Positions 1 through 7,803 are shown, counted from the stretch's first letter. The stretch is 37,410 nt of DNA from a bacterium (GCA_021163745.1 JAGGTM010000058.1:1-37410); one strand, 5' to 3'. Notes: a model not told the origin generated them from the letters alone. A program made the numbers and translations.

Positions 1-1680
1 GAAATGGAAGATGTCCAGTTTAAACCTTATGCGTATAAAAAAGCGGCGATTACTTTGGAGAATTTAGAAAAAGATGTAAGAGAGATTTACAGAGAAGGTG
101 GGATTAAAGCACTGAATTCTATTCCAGGAGTTGGAGAAAGTATTGCGTTGAAAATAGAGGAATATTTAAAAACAGGAAAAATAAAATACCATCAAGAATT
201 AAAGAGGAAACTTCCTATAAATTTAGAAGAGTTGGTCGCGATAGAGGGGATGGGACCAAAGAAAGCAAAGGTATTGTATAAGAAATTGAGGATAAAAAAT
301 ATTAAGGACTTGGAAAAAGCGGCAAAAGCACATAAAATTGCTCCGTTGTTTGGCTTTGGCGAGAAAACAGAGAAAAATATTTTACAGGGAATCGCATTTT
401 TTAAAAGAAGTAAGGGGAGATTTTTATTGGGAGAGATTTTGCCGGTAGCGCATAATATAATAGAGAAAATCGGTTCTTTGAAAGAAGTGAGGCAAATATC
501 TTTGGCCGGGTCAGTTAGAAGGAAGAAAGAGACTATAGGGGATGTGGACATTTTAGTAGTTTGCAATGAGCCGGAAAGGGTAATGGATTTTTTTGTGTCT
601 ATGCCGGGGGTTGTAAAGATTTGGGGGAAGGGATCTACTAAGTCGTCGGTTAGAACAGAGCAGGGATTTGATATAGATTTGAGGGTGATTGCCGAAGATA
701 GTTTTGGTTCCGCATTGCAGTATTTTACCGGATCAAAAGAGCATAATATAGCAACAAGGAAAATTGCCATTAAAAAAGGACTAAAGTTAAATGAATACGG
801 CGTATTTAAGGGGAATAAAAAGATAGCGGGCAGAACAGAAGAGGATGTTTATGCTGTATTAGGGATGAGATGGATGCCGCCAGAAATAAGAGAAAATAGA
901 GGCGAAATTGAACTTTCTCTGGAAGGAAAATTGCCGAGATTAGTAGAATTGAAAGATATTAAGGGAGATTTACATTGTCATTCCAACTGGGACGGAGGAA
1001 AAAACTCTATAGAGGAGATGGCGCAGTCGGCTATTTTAAGAAACTATCAGTATCTCGGGATAACTGACCATACTAAATTTTTGAAAATAGAACACGGCTT
1101 AAACGAGAGACAATTATCGCAGCAGAGAAAGGAAATTGACAAATTGAATTCTAAATTTAAAAAAAATGGAATAAATTTCCACATTTTTCACGGGGCGGAG
1201 ACAAATATATTAAAAGATGGCAGAATTGATATTTCTGATAGCGCCTTAAAACGATTAGATTATGCTATTGCGGGAATTCATTCTAATTTTAGAATGAAAA
1301 AGAATAAGATGACCGAAAGAATTATAAGTGCAATGAAAAATCCCTATATCAAAATTATTTCACACCCCACAGGCAGGATTTTGAAGAAAAGAGATGAGTA
1401 TGAGATAGATATAGATAGACTTTTAAGAGCGGCAAAACAGTTTAATGTAGTTTTGGAAATAAATTCATATCCGGAAAGGTTAGATTTAAATGATGTAAAT
1501 ATAAAAAAAGCAAGAGAAATGGGAATAAGAATGGCAATTAATACGGACGCTCATCACAAGGATCAGTTGAGGTATATGGAATTCGGAATTTATCAGGCAC
1601 GCAGAGGATGGGCAGAAAAGAAGGATATCATAAATACAAAAACATTTAAACAATTAAAGAATTTTTTTAGAGGTAGCTGA
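1..1680 (+). CDS. polX: PolX-family DNA polymerase (Pol-beta-like nucleotidyltransferase core plus C-terminal PHP phosphoesterase domain); 5' end probably cut by the window edge
   Basis: The frame is open to base 1. Helix-hairpin-helix segments GVGESIALKI and GMGPKKAKVLY. Pol-beta palm motif GSVRRKKETIGDVDILV. PHP metal-binding motifs GDLHCHSNWDGG, ITDH and NTDAH. The first residues align roughly 18 aa into Bacillus-type PolX as I recall it. Confidence 0.85.
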   Translation, partial: EMEDVQFKPYAYKKAAITLENLEKDVREIYREGGIKALNSIPGVGESIALKIEEYLKTGKIKYHQELKRKLPINLEELVAIEGMGPKKAKVLYKKLRIKNIKDLEKAAKAHKIAPLFGFGEKTEKNILQGIAFFKRSKGRFLLGEILPVAHNIIEKIGSLKEVRQISLAGSVRRKKETIGDVDILVVCNEPERVMDFFVSMPGVVKIWGKGSTKSSVRTEQGFDIDLRVIAEDSFGSALQYFTGSKEHNIATRKIAIKKGLKLNEYGVFKGNKKIAGRTEEDVYAVLGMRWMPPEIRENRGEIELSLEGKLPRLVELKDIKGDLHCHSNWDGGKNSIEEMAQSAILRNYQYLGITDHTKFLKIEHGLNERQLSQQRKEIDKLNSKFKKNGINFHIFHGAETNILKDGRIDISDSALKRLDYAIAGIHSNFRMKKNKMTERIISAMKNPYIKIISHPTGRILKKRDEYEIDIDRLLRAAKQFNVVLEINSYPERLDLNDVNIKKAREMGIRMAINTDAHHKDQLRYMEFGIYQARRGWAEKKDIINTKTFKQLKNFFRGS

Positions 1681-1715
1681 TTATTCTTAATAGTTGCCTC
1701 TTTATTCAGATTTAT

Positions 1716-1748
1716 CCTATACTATGGCTTCATAGCCATGATGTGGGG
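1716..1748 (+). repeat. Gene-end hairpin family, minimal copy E (CCTATACTATGGCT-TCAT-AGCCATGATGTGGGG, then TAAAG)
   Basis: Lies 36 nt after the polX stop. Arms and flanks align with the copy at 25310-25343, and most differences are transitions. A weak stem plus T-tract follows at about 1769-1800. Confidence 0.5.
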
Positions 1749-1896
1749 TAAAGTCATAATTTTCTGCTGGCACAGGATAAATATTGCCTGTTTTTTGTTT
1801 TTATGTTAAGATACATACATAAAATAATTCATCGGAATATTGCCGGGCTCTATTTATCGGTTATTTATGCCATTTATTGTTAATAATATATCTACC

Positions 1897-2166
1897 ATGT
1901 CTTTAACTACCAAAGAAAAAGAAAAAATTATATCTAAATACAGGATTCATAATAAAGATACTGGTTCTTACGAAGTGCAGATTGCTATTTTTACCGAAGA
2001 AATTAAGCGACTATCCTCTCATTTAAAGAAACATCCTAAAGACAATCATTCTCGTAGGGGACTTTTGCAAATGGTTTCAAAACGAAAAAGATTGTTGGAT
2101 TACTTGAAAGAGGAATACCCAAAAAGATACAGTGCTCTTGTTAAAAAATTAGGATTGAGAAAATAG
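1897..2166 (+). CDS. rpsO: 30S ribosomal protein S15
   Basis: S15 signature [48 protein letters not shown]. Homology starts at MSLTTKEK (ATG 1897), not at the track start of 1840. Confidence 0.9.
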   Translation: MSLTTKEKEKIISKYRIHNKDTGSYEVQIAIFTEEIKRLSSHLKKHPKDNHSRRGLLQMVSKRKRLLDYLKEEYPKRYSALVKKLGLRK

Positions 2167-2198
2167 TTGTATCAATTCTTATTGCCAAGTCTTAAATT

Positions 2199-2759
2199 AT
2201 GCCTGTAATTAAACATAAAGAACAAAGAATAGGAGTTTTAATAGATGTTCAAAATTTATATCACTCTGCAAAAAATCTTTACAATTCAAGAGTTAATTTT
2301 AAAGAAGTTTTAAAAACGGCGGTGGCAGGAAGGAAGCTTATAAGAGCAATTGCTTATGTGATTAGAACCGAGACGAGAGAAGAGGCACATTTTTTTGAGG
2401 CATTACAGAAAATAGGAATTGAAACAAGAGTGAAAGATCTCCAAATTTTTTACGGCGGGCTTAAAAAAGCAGATTGGGATGTAGGAATTACCGTAGATGC
2501 TATAAGATTGGCACCTTCTTTGGATGTAATTGTTTTAATAAGTGGAGACGGCGACTTTGTCCCTTTGGTAGAATATTTAAAGAATCAAGGGAAACAAGTG
2601 GAGGTTCTTGCGTTTTCTAAAAGCACTTCTTCTAAGTTAAAGGAGTCCGCGGATGATTTTATTGATTTAGGAGAGAGTAGGTATTTTTTAAAAAAAGAAA
2701 AGAAGTTAGGTTTGCATACTTCACGTAGGAGTATTTTAAAGAAGGTGTTTAAATTGTAA
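2199..2759 (+). CDS. NYN/LabA-like (DUF88) domain protein, predicted PIN-like ribonuclease fold
   Basis: IGVLIDVQNLY near the N-terminus and LISGDGDFVPLVEYLKNQGKQVEVLAF are typical of the NYN/LabA family. Its TAA stop overlaps the pnp ATG (TAATG at 2757-2761). Confidence 0.75.
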   Translation: MPVIKHKEQRIGVLIDVQNLYHSAKNLYNSRVNFKEVLKTAVAGRKLIRAIAYVIRTETREEAHFFEALQKIGIETRVKDLQIFYGGLKKADWDVGITVDAIRLAPSLDVIVLISGDGDFVPLVEYLKNQGKQVEVLAFSKSTSSKLKESADDFIDLGESRYFLKKEKKLGLHTSRRSILKKVFKL

Positions 2760-4858
2760 TGACAAATAGCAAATTCATGGAGTTTAAAACAAAGATAGAT
2801 GGGAAAGAACTAAAAATACAAGTAGGGGAATTAGCTCCTCAAGCGAACGGTTCTGTAGTAGTAAGTTATGAGGGAACTACAGTTTTGGTGACTGCAACTT
2901 TAAGTAAACACCCAAAAGATGTTGACTATTTACCTTTGACAGTTGATTATGAAGAAAAACTTTATGCCGCCGGCAAAATAAAAAGTTCAAGATTTATAAA
3001 AAGAGAAGGTAGGCCTTCTGATGAGGCAATTTTAACAGCGAGATTAATTGACAGGGCGATAAGGCCATTGTTTGACAAAAGAATTAGGAACGAAATCCAA
3101 ATAATTATTACTGTTCTTTCTTTTGATAAAGAAAATGATCCTGACATTCTTGGTTTAATCGGCGCATCTTGCGCTTTGGGTATTTCTGATATTCCTTGGA
3201 ATGGCCCTATAGGCGGGATAAGGATTGCCAGAGAAAAAGATTCTTTAAATTGGATTGTTAATCCTTCTTATTCCCAGAGAGAAAATAGTGATTTAGATTT
3301 AATAGTGGCAGGTAAGAAAGGAAAAATAAATATGTTAGAAGGCGGAGGAAAAGAAATAAAAGAGGATATTTTATTATCGGGCATAGAATTTTCTTTGCCC
3401 AAAATTGAGAAAATTATTCAATTCCAAAAAGAAATTGCCAAGAAGATAAATCCTGTAAAAAAAGAACTAGAAATCGCTAATCCGGACACTAAACTTACAA
3501 ATATAGTAAAAGAATTTCTTAAATCTAAATTAGAAAAAGCGCTTGAAGACTCTTCTGATGATGCGTTATCTAATTTATCAGAAGAGCTTAAGGGGTATTT
3601 GTTAAATAACGGATACACAGAAAAAGAGATAAGAGAAGCAGGTTTAGTTTTTGAAAAAGAGATAGATGATTTAATTCACAAAAATATTTTAGAGAAAGAA
3701 AAAAGGCCTGATGGCAGAAAGTTGAATGAGTTAAGAGAGATTAGTTGTAAAATAGGATTTTTACCAAAAACTCATGGCTCGGGGCTGTTTAAAAGAGGGA
3801 AAACCCACTCTCTTTCTGTGGTAACATTGGGTGCTCCTGGAGATGAACAGATAATTGATGGAATGGAAGTAGAAACAAAGAAGAAGTTTTTTCACCACTA
3901 CAATTTTCCCCCTTATTGCGTTGGAGAGACCGGACCCGTAAGAGGCCCGGGGAGAAGAGAAATTGGCCACAGTGCATTGGCGGAAAGAGCTATTGTGCCT
4001 GTTTTACCAAAAGAAGAAGATTTTCCTTATACTATCAGGGTAGTTTCAGAAATTCTTTCTTCCAGAGGATCTTCTTCTATGGCTTCTACTTCTTCTGCCT
4101 CTCTGGCTCTAATGGATGCGGGTGTTCCGATTAAAAGAAATGTTACTGGCATTGCTATGGGGCTAATGATGGATGATTCAGGGTCTACATACAAAGTTTT
4201 AACGGACATTCAGGGGCCTGAGGATCATCACGGGGATATGGATTTGAAAATAGCTGGTACTTCCAATGGGATTACTTCTTTGCAGATGGATGTAAAAGTA
4301 GAGGGGGTGGATGTAAAAATTTTAAAGCAGGCGTTTTATCAAGCGAAGGAAGCGAGGGAAAAAATTTTAGGCATAATGAATAAAGTTATTGATAAACCAA
4401 GAAAGGAACTTTCTCCAAACGCTCCGAGAATTTTAACCTTGCAGATTAATCCAGAAAAAATAAGGGATGTAATAGGGCCGCAGGGAAAGACAATAAATGA
4501 GATTATAGAGGAGACGGGAGTTAAAATTGACATCAAGGAGAATGGTTTGATTTACATTACTTCTGATGACGAGATTGCCGCGAGAAAGGCATTGCAATGG
4601 ATTAAAAATATAACTAGAGAAATTAAAGCCGGAGAGGTTTTTCAGGGAAAAGTTAAAAGAATTGTGGATTTCGGTGCTTTTGTAGAAATTTTACCCGGTC
4701 ACGAAGGTTTAATTCATATTTCAGAATTAGCCCCATATAAAGTAAGAAGAGTGGAGGATGTTGTGAGGGTGGGAGATATAATTCCGGTAATGGTAAAAAA
4801 CATAGACGAACATGGAAGAATTCAGCTAACTTTAAAAGGGTTAGATAGAAGAAAATGA
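2759..4858 (+). CDS. pnp: Polynucleotide phosphorylase (polyribonucleotide nucleotidyltransferase)
   Basis: Two RNase PH-like cores (HHYNFPPYCVGETG, GSSSMASTSSASLALMDAGVPI, DHHGDMDLKIAGT), a KH domain (GPQGKTINEI) and an S1 domain (GKVKRIVDFGAFVEILPGHEGLIHISEL). Confidence 0.95.
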   Translation: MTNSKFMEFKTKIDGKELKIQVGELAPQANGSVVVSYEGTTVLVTATLSKHPKDVDYLPLTVDYEEKLYAAGKIKSSRFIKREGRPSDEAILTARLIDRAIRPLFDKRIRNEIQIIITVLSFDKENDPDILGLIGASCALGISDIPWNGPIGGIRIAREKDSLNWIVNPSYSQRENSDLDLIVAGKKGKINMLEGGGKEIKEDILLSGIEFSLPKIEKIIQFQKEIAKKINPVKKELEIANPDTKLTNIVKEFLKSKLEKALEDSSDDALSNLSEELKGYLLNNGYTEKEIREAGLVFEKEIDDLIHKNILEKEKRPDGRKLNELREISCKIGFLPKTHGSGLFKRGKTHSLSVVTLGAPGDEQIIDGMEVETKKKFFHHYNFPPYCVGETGPVRGPGRREIGHSALAERAIVPVLPKEEDFPYTIRVVSEILSSRGSSSMASTSSASLALMDAGVPIKRNVTGIAMGLMMDDSGSTYKVLTDIQGPEDHHGDMDLKIAGTSNGITSLQMDVKVEGVDVKILKQAFYQAKEAREKILGIMNKVIDKPRKELSPNAPRILTLQINPEKIRDVIGPQGKTINEIIEETGVKIDIKENGLIYITSDDEIAARKALQWIKNITREIKAGEVFQGKVKRIVDFGAFVEILPGHEGLIHISELAPYKVRRVEDVVRVGDIIPVMVKNIDEHGRIQLTLKGLDRRK

Positions 4859-4908
4859 AATTAATATTTGCATATTTTTCTATTTTATCATAACAAACAA
4901 ATAATTTT

Positions 4909-6114
4909 ATGGAGGTGAAAAATTTTGAAGTTGAGAATAATAAGTATGATATCCGCACAATGCAGCAGGACCTATCTAAATTAGGAAAAGTTTCTTTTCA
5001 GTCGAGGGAAGAAGGTAGTCAGAAAGAAGAATCAGCGCAGAAGTTTACGATATTACAGAAAGAGATTGAACAAAAGTTGGAATTGGAGAAGAAAAATAAA
5101 GAAGAAGAAAGAAGAAAAGAGGAAGAGAGGTTAAAGAAATTAAGAGAGGAAGAGGAAAAAAGAAGAAAAGAAGAGGAAGGACAAAAGGAAAAAGAAAGAA
5201 TGAAAAAAGAGGAGGAAGAAAGAAAAAGAAGTGAAAAGGAAGAGAAAAGGAAAATCAGAGCATTGAAAATTGCATTATTTAAAAGGAATTTAAAAAACAA
5301 AACAAAAGAATTATTCCGTTTTCTTGAGTATGTTTTAATCAGCCTTATAGTGATTTTAGTTTTAGGTGGTATTGGGGGATTTATTTATTGGTGGAAATAT
5401 TTGAGAGTTTCTCCTACACATTATGAGTGTAGAAATTATAAATGTGTGTTAATAGAAGGAGAAGGCGAAAATAAGTGTATAAGCGACGAAAATTGTGCTC
5501 CTAAAGAACCCAAAATTCCGAATTCACTTATTGGTGTAAACAGAATAGAGACTATTATCATTAAAAAGGGCAATGAGAATCTCCTGCCGGACAAGTTAAA
5601 GAAAGTTAAAGAAGAAATAAGTAGCGGTAAAATTACAAGAATTCTTGTAAAATTAGTTGACGGCGAAATAAAATACCTTAACCTTGATGAACTCGCTGCA
5701 TATTTAGGAATAAATATTCCGTCAGAAGTAAAGTATTGTTTTGGCGACCAGTTTACTTTCTTTATATATTTACAAAAAGATTCATTTGCGAAAAGAACCG
5801 GTTTGGTAATTGAGATTAAAGATAAAGATCTTTTGCAAACTTTATTAAAAGATTGGGAGAAAAATTTGATTGAAGACATCAAGCCAATATTTTTAGAGGA
5901 GAAAATTGGTCAACCTGCTACAGAAGAGTTTCAGGATAATGTTTACAGAGATGTTTCTATTCGCTATATAAACCTTCCTAATCCAGATTTGACCATTGAT
6001 TACGCTATAGTTTATGATAAATTGATAATTACTACTTCTAAGGATTCTATGTATTACATTTTAGATACCCAAATAAAAGCAAACCCCGCACCACGGCTTA
6101 ATTCCACACCATAG
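4909..6114 (+). CDS. Hypothetical single-pass membrane protein: KE-rich charged cytoplasmic region, one TM helix, then a roughly 230-aa extracytoplasmic domain
   Basis: Long ORF with consistent coding look. Lys/Glu-rich low-complexity stretch (aa about 45-130). TM segment YVLISLIVILVLGGIGGFIYWW. I recognise no family. The last roughly 10 codons (ANPAPRLNSTP) run into hairpin element A, so the true C-terminus is uncertain. Confidence 0.6.
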   Translation: MEVKNFEVENNKYDIRTMQQDLSKLGKVSFQSREEGSQKEESAQKFTILQKEIEQKLELEKKNKEEERRKEEERLKKLREEEEKRRKEEEGQKEKERMKKEEEERKRSEKEEKRKIRALKIALFKRNLKNKTKELFRFLEYVLISLIVILVLGGIGGFIYWWKYLRVSPTHYECRNYKCVLIEGEGENKCISDENCAPKEPKIPNSLIGVNRIETIIIKKGNENLLPDKLKKVKEEISSGKITRILVKLVDGEIKYLNLDELAAYLGINIPSEVKYCFGDQFTFFIYLQKDSFAKRTGLVIEIKDKDLLQTLLKDWEKNLIEDIKPIFLEEKIGQPATEEFQDNVYRDVSIRYINLPNPDLTIDYAIVYDKLIITTSKDSMYYILDTQIKANPAPRLNSTP

Positions 6115-6176
6115 CTATGAAGCGGCTTCTTATCTCTAACGGGGTTTACACTCGTGGCTTTCTACTGGTGCGGGGT
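6083..6176 (+). repeat. Gene-end hairpin family, expanded copy A (outer stem ACCCCGCACCA / TGGTGCGGGGT with a roughly 70-nt structured insert)
   Basis: Perfect 11-bp outer stem. Shares CACGGCTTAATTC at the 5' arm and GCGGGGTAAATTA at the 3' flank with copy B (7813-7857). The inner CGGGGTTT (6140-6147) can also pair with AAACCCCG (6081-6088). Confidence 0.55.
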
Positions 6177-6210
6177 AAATTATTAAATAAAGTGGAAAAG
6201 TTGTGGATAA

Positions 6211-6248
6211 CTCAAAAACAGCAAAAGATTTTGCTGTTTTTTAATTGA
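6211..6248 (+). terminator. Rho-independent terminator candidate
   Basis: ACAGCAAAA / TTTTGCTGT stem followed by a T-run (6238-6242), downstream of the 4909-6114 gene. Confidence 0.6.
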
Positions 6249-6308
6249 GTTTTTTCTTTTATTTAAGCCAAAATTTAAGATATTATATTTTTATGATATT
6301 TATGCATA

Positions 6309-6338
6309 TTGACAGAGAATAGAGTGTAATGATAAAAT
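6309..6338 (+). promoter_or_regulatory. Sigma70-like promoter candidate (TTGACA-18-TAAAAT)
   Basis: TTGACA at 6309-6314 and TAAAAT at 6333-6338. No ORF follows before the terminator at 6544-6576. Confidence 0.35.
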
Positions 6339-6434
6339 ATAAATAACTAAAACTGACTGTAGGGATTCTCTTTTTTCTTCTTTTTAGTTCTTTTTAACAG
6401 CTCTTTATATTATACTGCCCGCGGTCGGTTTTAG

Positions 6435-6523
6435 AAAAAATGCCTCTCTTAATATAATATATAAAATAGAGAGGCAAGGGGGCATTGCCCTATATAGTAA
6501 GGAATTTTTGGGGGTCTCAATGC
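6435..6523 (-). ncRNA. Candidate small RNA of about 90 nt (unknown family), bounded by a promoter and an intrinsic terminator
   Basis: Minus-strand promoter TTGACT-17-TATACT (6530-6558). The transcript would start in a G-run. It contains GGGGGCATTG...CAATGCCCCC (10-bp stem, 6477-6530 on +), then TGCCTCTCT...AGAGAGGCA (9-bp stem, 6441-6476), followed on the minus strand by TTTTTT. Confidence 0.35.
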
Positions 6524-6529
6524 CCCCTT

Positions 6530-6558
6530 AGTATAACAAAAGTAAGGGGCAAAGTCAA
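6530..6558 (-). promoter_or_regulatory. Sigma70-like promoter candidate (TTGACT-17-TATACT) on the minus strand
   Basis: Reverse complement of AGTCAA (6553-6558) and AGTATA (6530-6535), with a 17-nt spacer. The -35 box lies in the loop of the + strand terminator hairpin. Confidence 0.4.
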
Positions 6559-6576
6559 TACTGCCCCTTTTTATTT
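6544..6576 (+). terminator. Rho-independent terminator candidate
   Basis: AAGGGGCA / TGCCCCTT stem followed by TTTTTATTTT. Confidence 0.5.
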
Positions 6577-6815
6577 TGCCTGCCCGCCCAAATTTTGTTT
6601 CACAAAACTTGGGTGGGTAAATAATTTGTAATTTGGAATTTTAATAAGCTTTAAGCTTTGCGCTTTAACTTTACGCTTACATTTGTTTTGAGATTTAAGA
6701 TGTAGATTTGAGATTTGCCCCCCCCAGCCCTACTTTTGGAACAAAAGTAGGGCTGGGGGGCTCGCTCCTTTGGAGCTGGGCATTTGACATTTGAGATTTG
6801 AGATATATAATATAA
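6577..6815. repeat. Mosaic intergenic repeat island 1 (GC-rich palindromes plus heptad repeats)
   Basis: Palindrome CCCGCCCAAATTTTG / CAAAACTTGGGTGGG (6583-6617). Reverse-oriented AAGCTTT/GCGCTTT heptads (6647-6680). Palindrome CCCCCCAGCCCTACTTTTG-gaa-CAAAAGTAGGGCTGGGGGG (6720-6760). GCTCGCTCCTTTGGAGC. ATTTGAC/ATTTGAG heptads (6782-6802). The same modules occur at 18907-19514. Confidence 0.7.
6784..6811 (+). promoter_or_regulatory. Promoter candidate TTGACA-16-TATAAT for the TA operon, with the -10 box ending 8 nt before the ATG (leaderless)
   Basis: TTGACA at 6784-6789 lies inside the ATTTGAC heptad repeat. TATAAT at 6806-6811. Antitoxin ATG at 6820. Confidence 0.5.
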
Positions 6816-6819
6816 GTGT

Positions 6820-7029
6820 ATGACTACTATTACTATTCCTAAAAAATTGACCAAAGGGGAAGAATTGGTAATTATTCCTCGTAAGCAATATGAGGAATTT
6901 TTGAAAATTTTAAAAAGATATAACAAATTAGACCAAGATTTAAATAAATCTATTAAGCAAGTAAAAAAAGGCAAGATAGTAGGGCCCTTTAATTCGATAG
7001 AAGAACTTAAAAAATCTTTAGAGAAATGA
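6820..7029 (+). CDS. Putative type II antitoxin (family not assigned)
   Basis: 69-aa ORF directly upstream of a RelE/ParE-like toxin, overlapping it by 4 nt (ATGA). The TIPKKL...VIIPRKQYEEF pattern resembles small antitoxins paired with such toxins. Confidence 0.6.
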   Translation: MTTITIPKKLTKGEELVIIPRKQYEEFLKILKRYNKLDQDLNKSIKQVKKGKIVGPFNSIEELKKSLEK

Positions 7030-7271
7030 AAATTTACTATACTCCTAAATTTAAACAAAGTTTTTCTAAATTTCCAAAAGAAATTAAAAATAAATTCTAC
7101 AAACAAATAAATTTTCTTCTCCGTAATCCACGTCACCCTTCATTGCAAATTAAAAAGTATGACGGAAGTAAAGGGATTTGGCAAGCCAGAGTGGACCGAA
7201 AAATTCGGTTCTATTTTTTAATTGAAGACAATTCTTATATTTTATTAGAAATTAAAAAACATCCCAAATGA
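7026..7271 (+). CDS. RelE/ParE-superfamily type II toxin
   Basis: 81 aa. Family-typical pattern F..F..L.......I...I..L..NP.HPSL..KK..G....W..RV....R..F.I.......LL.I..H. Confidence 0.7.
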   Translation: MKIYYTPKFKQSFSKFPKEIKNKFYKQINFLLRNPRHPSLQIKKYDGSKGIWQARVDRKIRFYFLIEDNSYILLEIKKHPK

Positions 7272-7343
7272 GATAAAATCATTAAGGTTTAATCTCCTTA
7301 GGCCTATTTTGTGTTGAAAAAATTGACGAAGAATCTTATCTTT

Positions 7344-7372
7344 GTGCTACGACTTTGGAGCCGTGGCTTTTT
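7344..7372 (+). terminator. Terminator candidate after the TA operon, related to the gene-end hairpin family (copy F)
   Basis: GCTACG-actttggagc-CGTGGC stem followed by TTTTTAATTTT. The 14-mer GGCTTTTTAATTTT recurs at 15998-16011. Confidence 0.5.
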
Positions 7373-7410
7373 AATTTTCTGCCACACTTTTTGGTAAGAA
7401 CTTATAGAAT

Positions 7411-7438
7411 TTGCATTTGAAAGAAAATATGGTAGAAT
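7411..7438 (+). promoter_or_regulatory. Promoter candidate TTGCAT-16-TAGAAT, with the -10 box ending 8 nt before the ATG (leaderless)
   Basis: TTGCAT at 7411-7416, TAGAAT at 7433-7438, ATG at 7447. Confidence 0.5.
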
Positions 7439-7446
7439 AATCTTAT

Positions 7447-7803
7447 ATGGACAAAGAATTGCTAAAAAAATTAGAAGAGAAGCTGGAAAGGGAAAAAGAA
7501 AGAATAACTAAAGAATTGGAGGAATTTGCCAAAGAAGACAAAAAACCAAAGGGAGATTGGGATACTATTCATCCTCAAATGGGAAGGAAGTTGGAAGAAA
7601 AAGCAGATGAAGTGGAAGAATATGAGTCTCTTTTACCTGTAGAGTATGCATTGGAAAAAAGATTGAAAGATATTAATGATGCATTGGAAAAAATAAGGAA
7701 CGGAAAGGATTACGGCATATGCGAAAAGTGCCATAAAGAGATTGAAGTCGACCGTCTTTTGGTTTGCCCTGAGGCAAGATATTGTCTAAAATGTGCGAAG
7801 TAA
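7447..7803 (+). CDS. TraR/DksA-family C4 zinc-finger protein
   Basis: N-terminal coiled coil followed by CEKCHKEIEVDRLLVCPEARYCLKC, which matches the DksA/TraR pattern C..C...I...RL...P.A..C..C. Confidence 0.75.
   Translation: MDKELLKKLEEKLEREKERITKELEEFAKEDKKPKGDWDTIHPQMGRKLEEKADEVEEYESLLPVEYALEKRLKDINDALEKIRNGKDYGICEKCHKEIEVDRLLVCPEARYCLKCAK

Noticed and set aside
5040-5270. 230-nt purine-rich (GA) tract as a non-coding repeat or H-DNA element
   Set aside because: It lies in frame within ORF 4909-6114 and simply encodes a Lys/Glu/Arg-rich charged linker. There is no evidence of a separate function.
6202-6210. Perfect DnaA box (TGTGGATAA, which is TTATCCACA on the minus strand) as a sign of oriC
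   Set aside because: I found only one box in the window and no dnaA/dnaN neighbourhood. A single 9-mer match can occur by chance.
6435-6523. 26-aa hydrophobic ORF (MPPCLSILYIILREAFFLKPTAGSII) on the minus strand as a type I toxin
   Set aside because: It has no SD, and the ORF runs through the terminator hairpin and beyond the predicted transcript end. The same reasoning applies to a 20-aa ORF at 25349-25411.
6651-7136. 161-aa minus-strand ORF, together with similar track ORFs (192-770, 5019-5300, 5436-5882, 8977-9225, 25161-25391, 25988-26512, 26926-27267, 30873-31352, 33033-33464 and others)
   Set aside because: They lie antisense to or overlap well-supported genes, the tRNA or the repeat islands. 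Their products are low-complexity or Phe/Ser/Leu/Ile-rich, as expected from AT-rich antisense frames, and show no recognisable motifs.
6820-7271. Defence island or prophage remnant around the TA pair, and around the AAA ATPase at 37155
   Set aside because: Flanking genes are housekeeping. No integrase, transposase, restriction, Abi or phage structural genes occur in the window. The TA pair and the COG1373-like ATPase are common stand-alone accessory genes.
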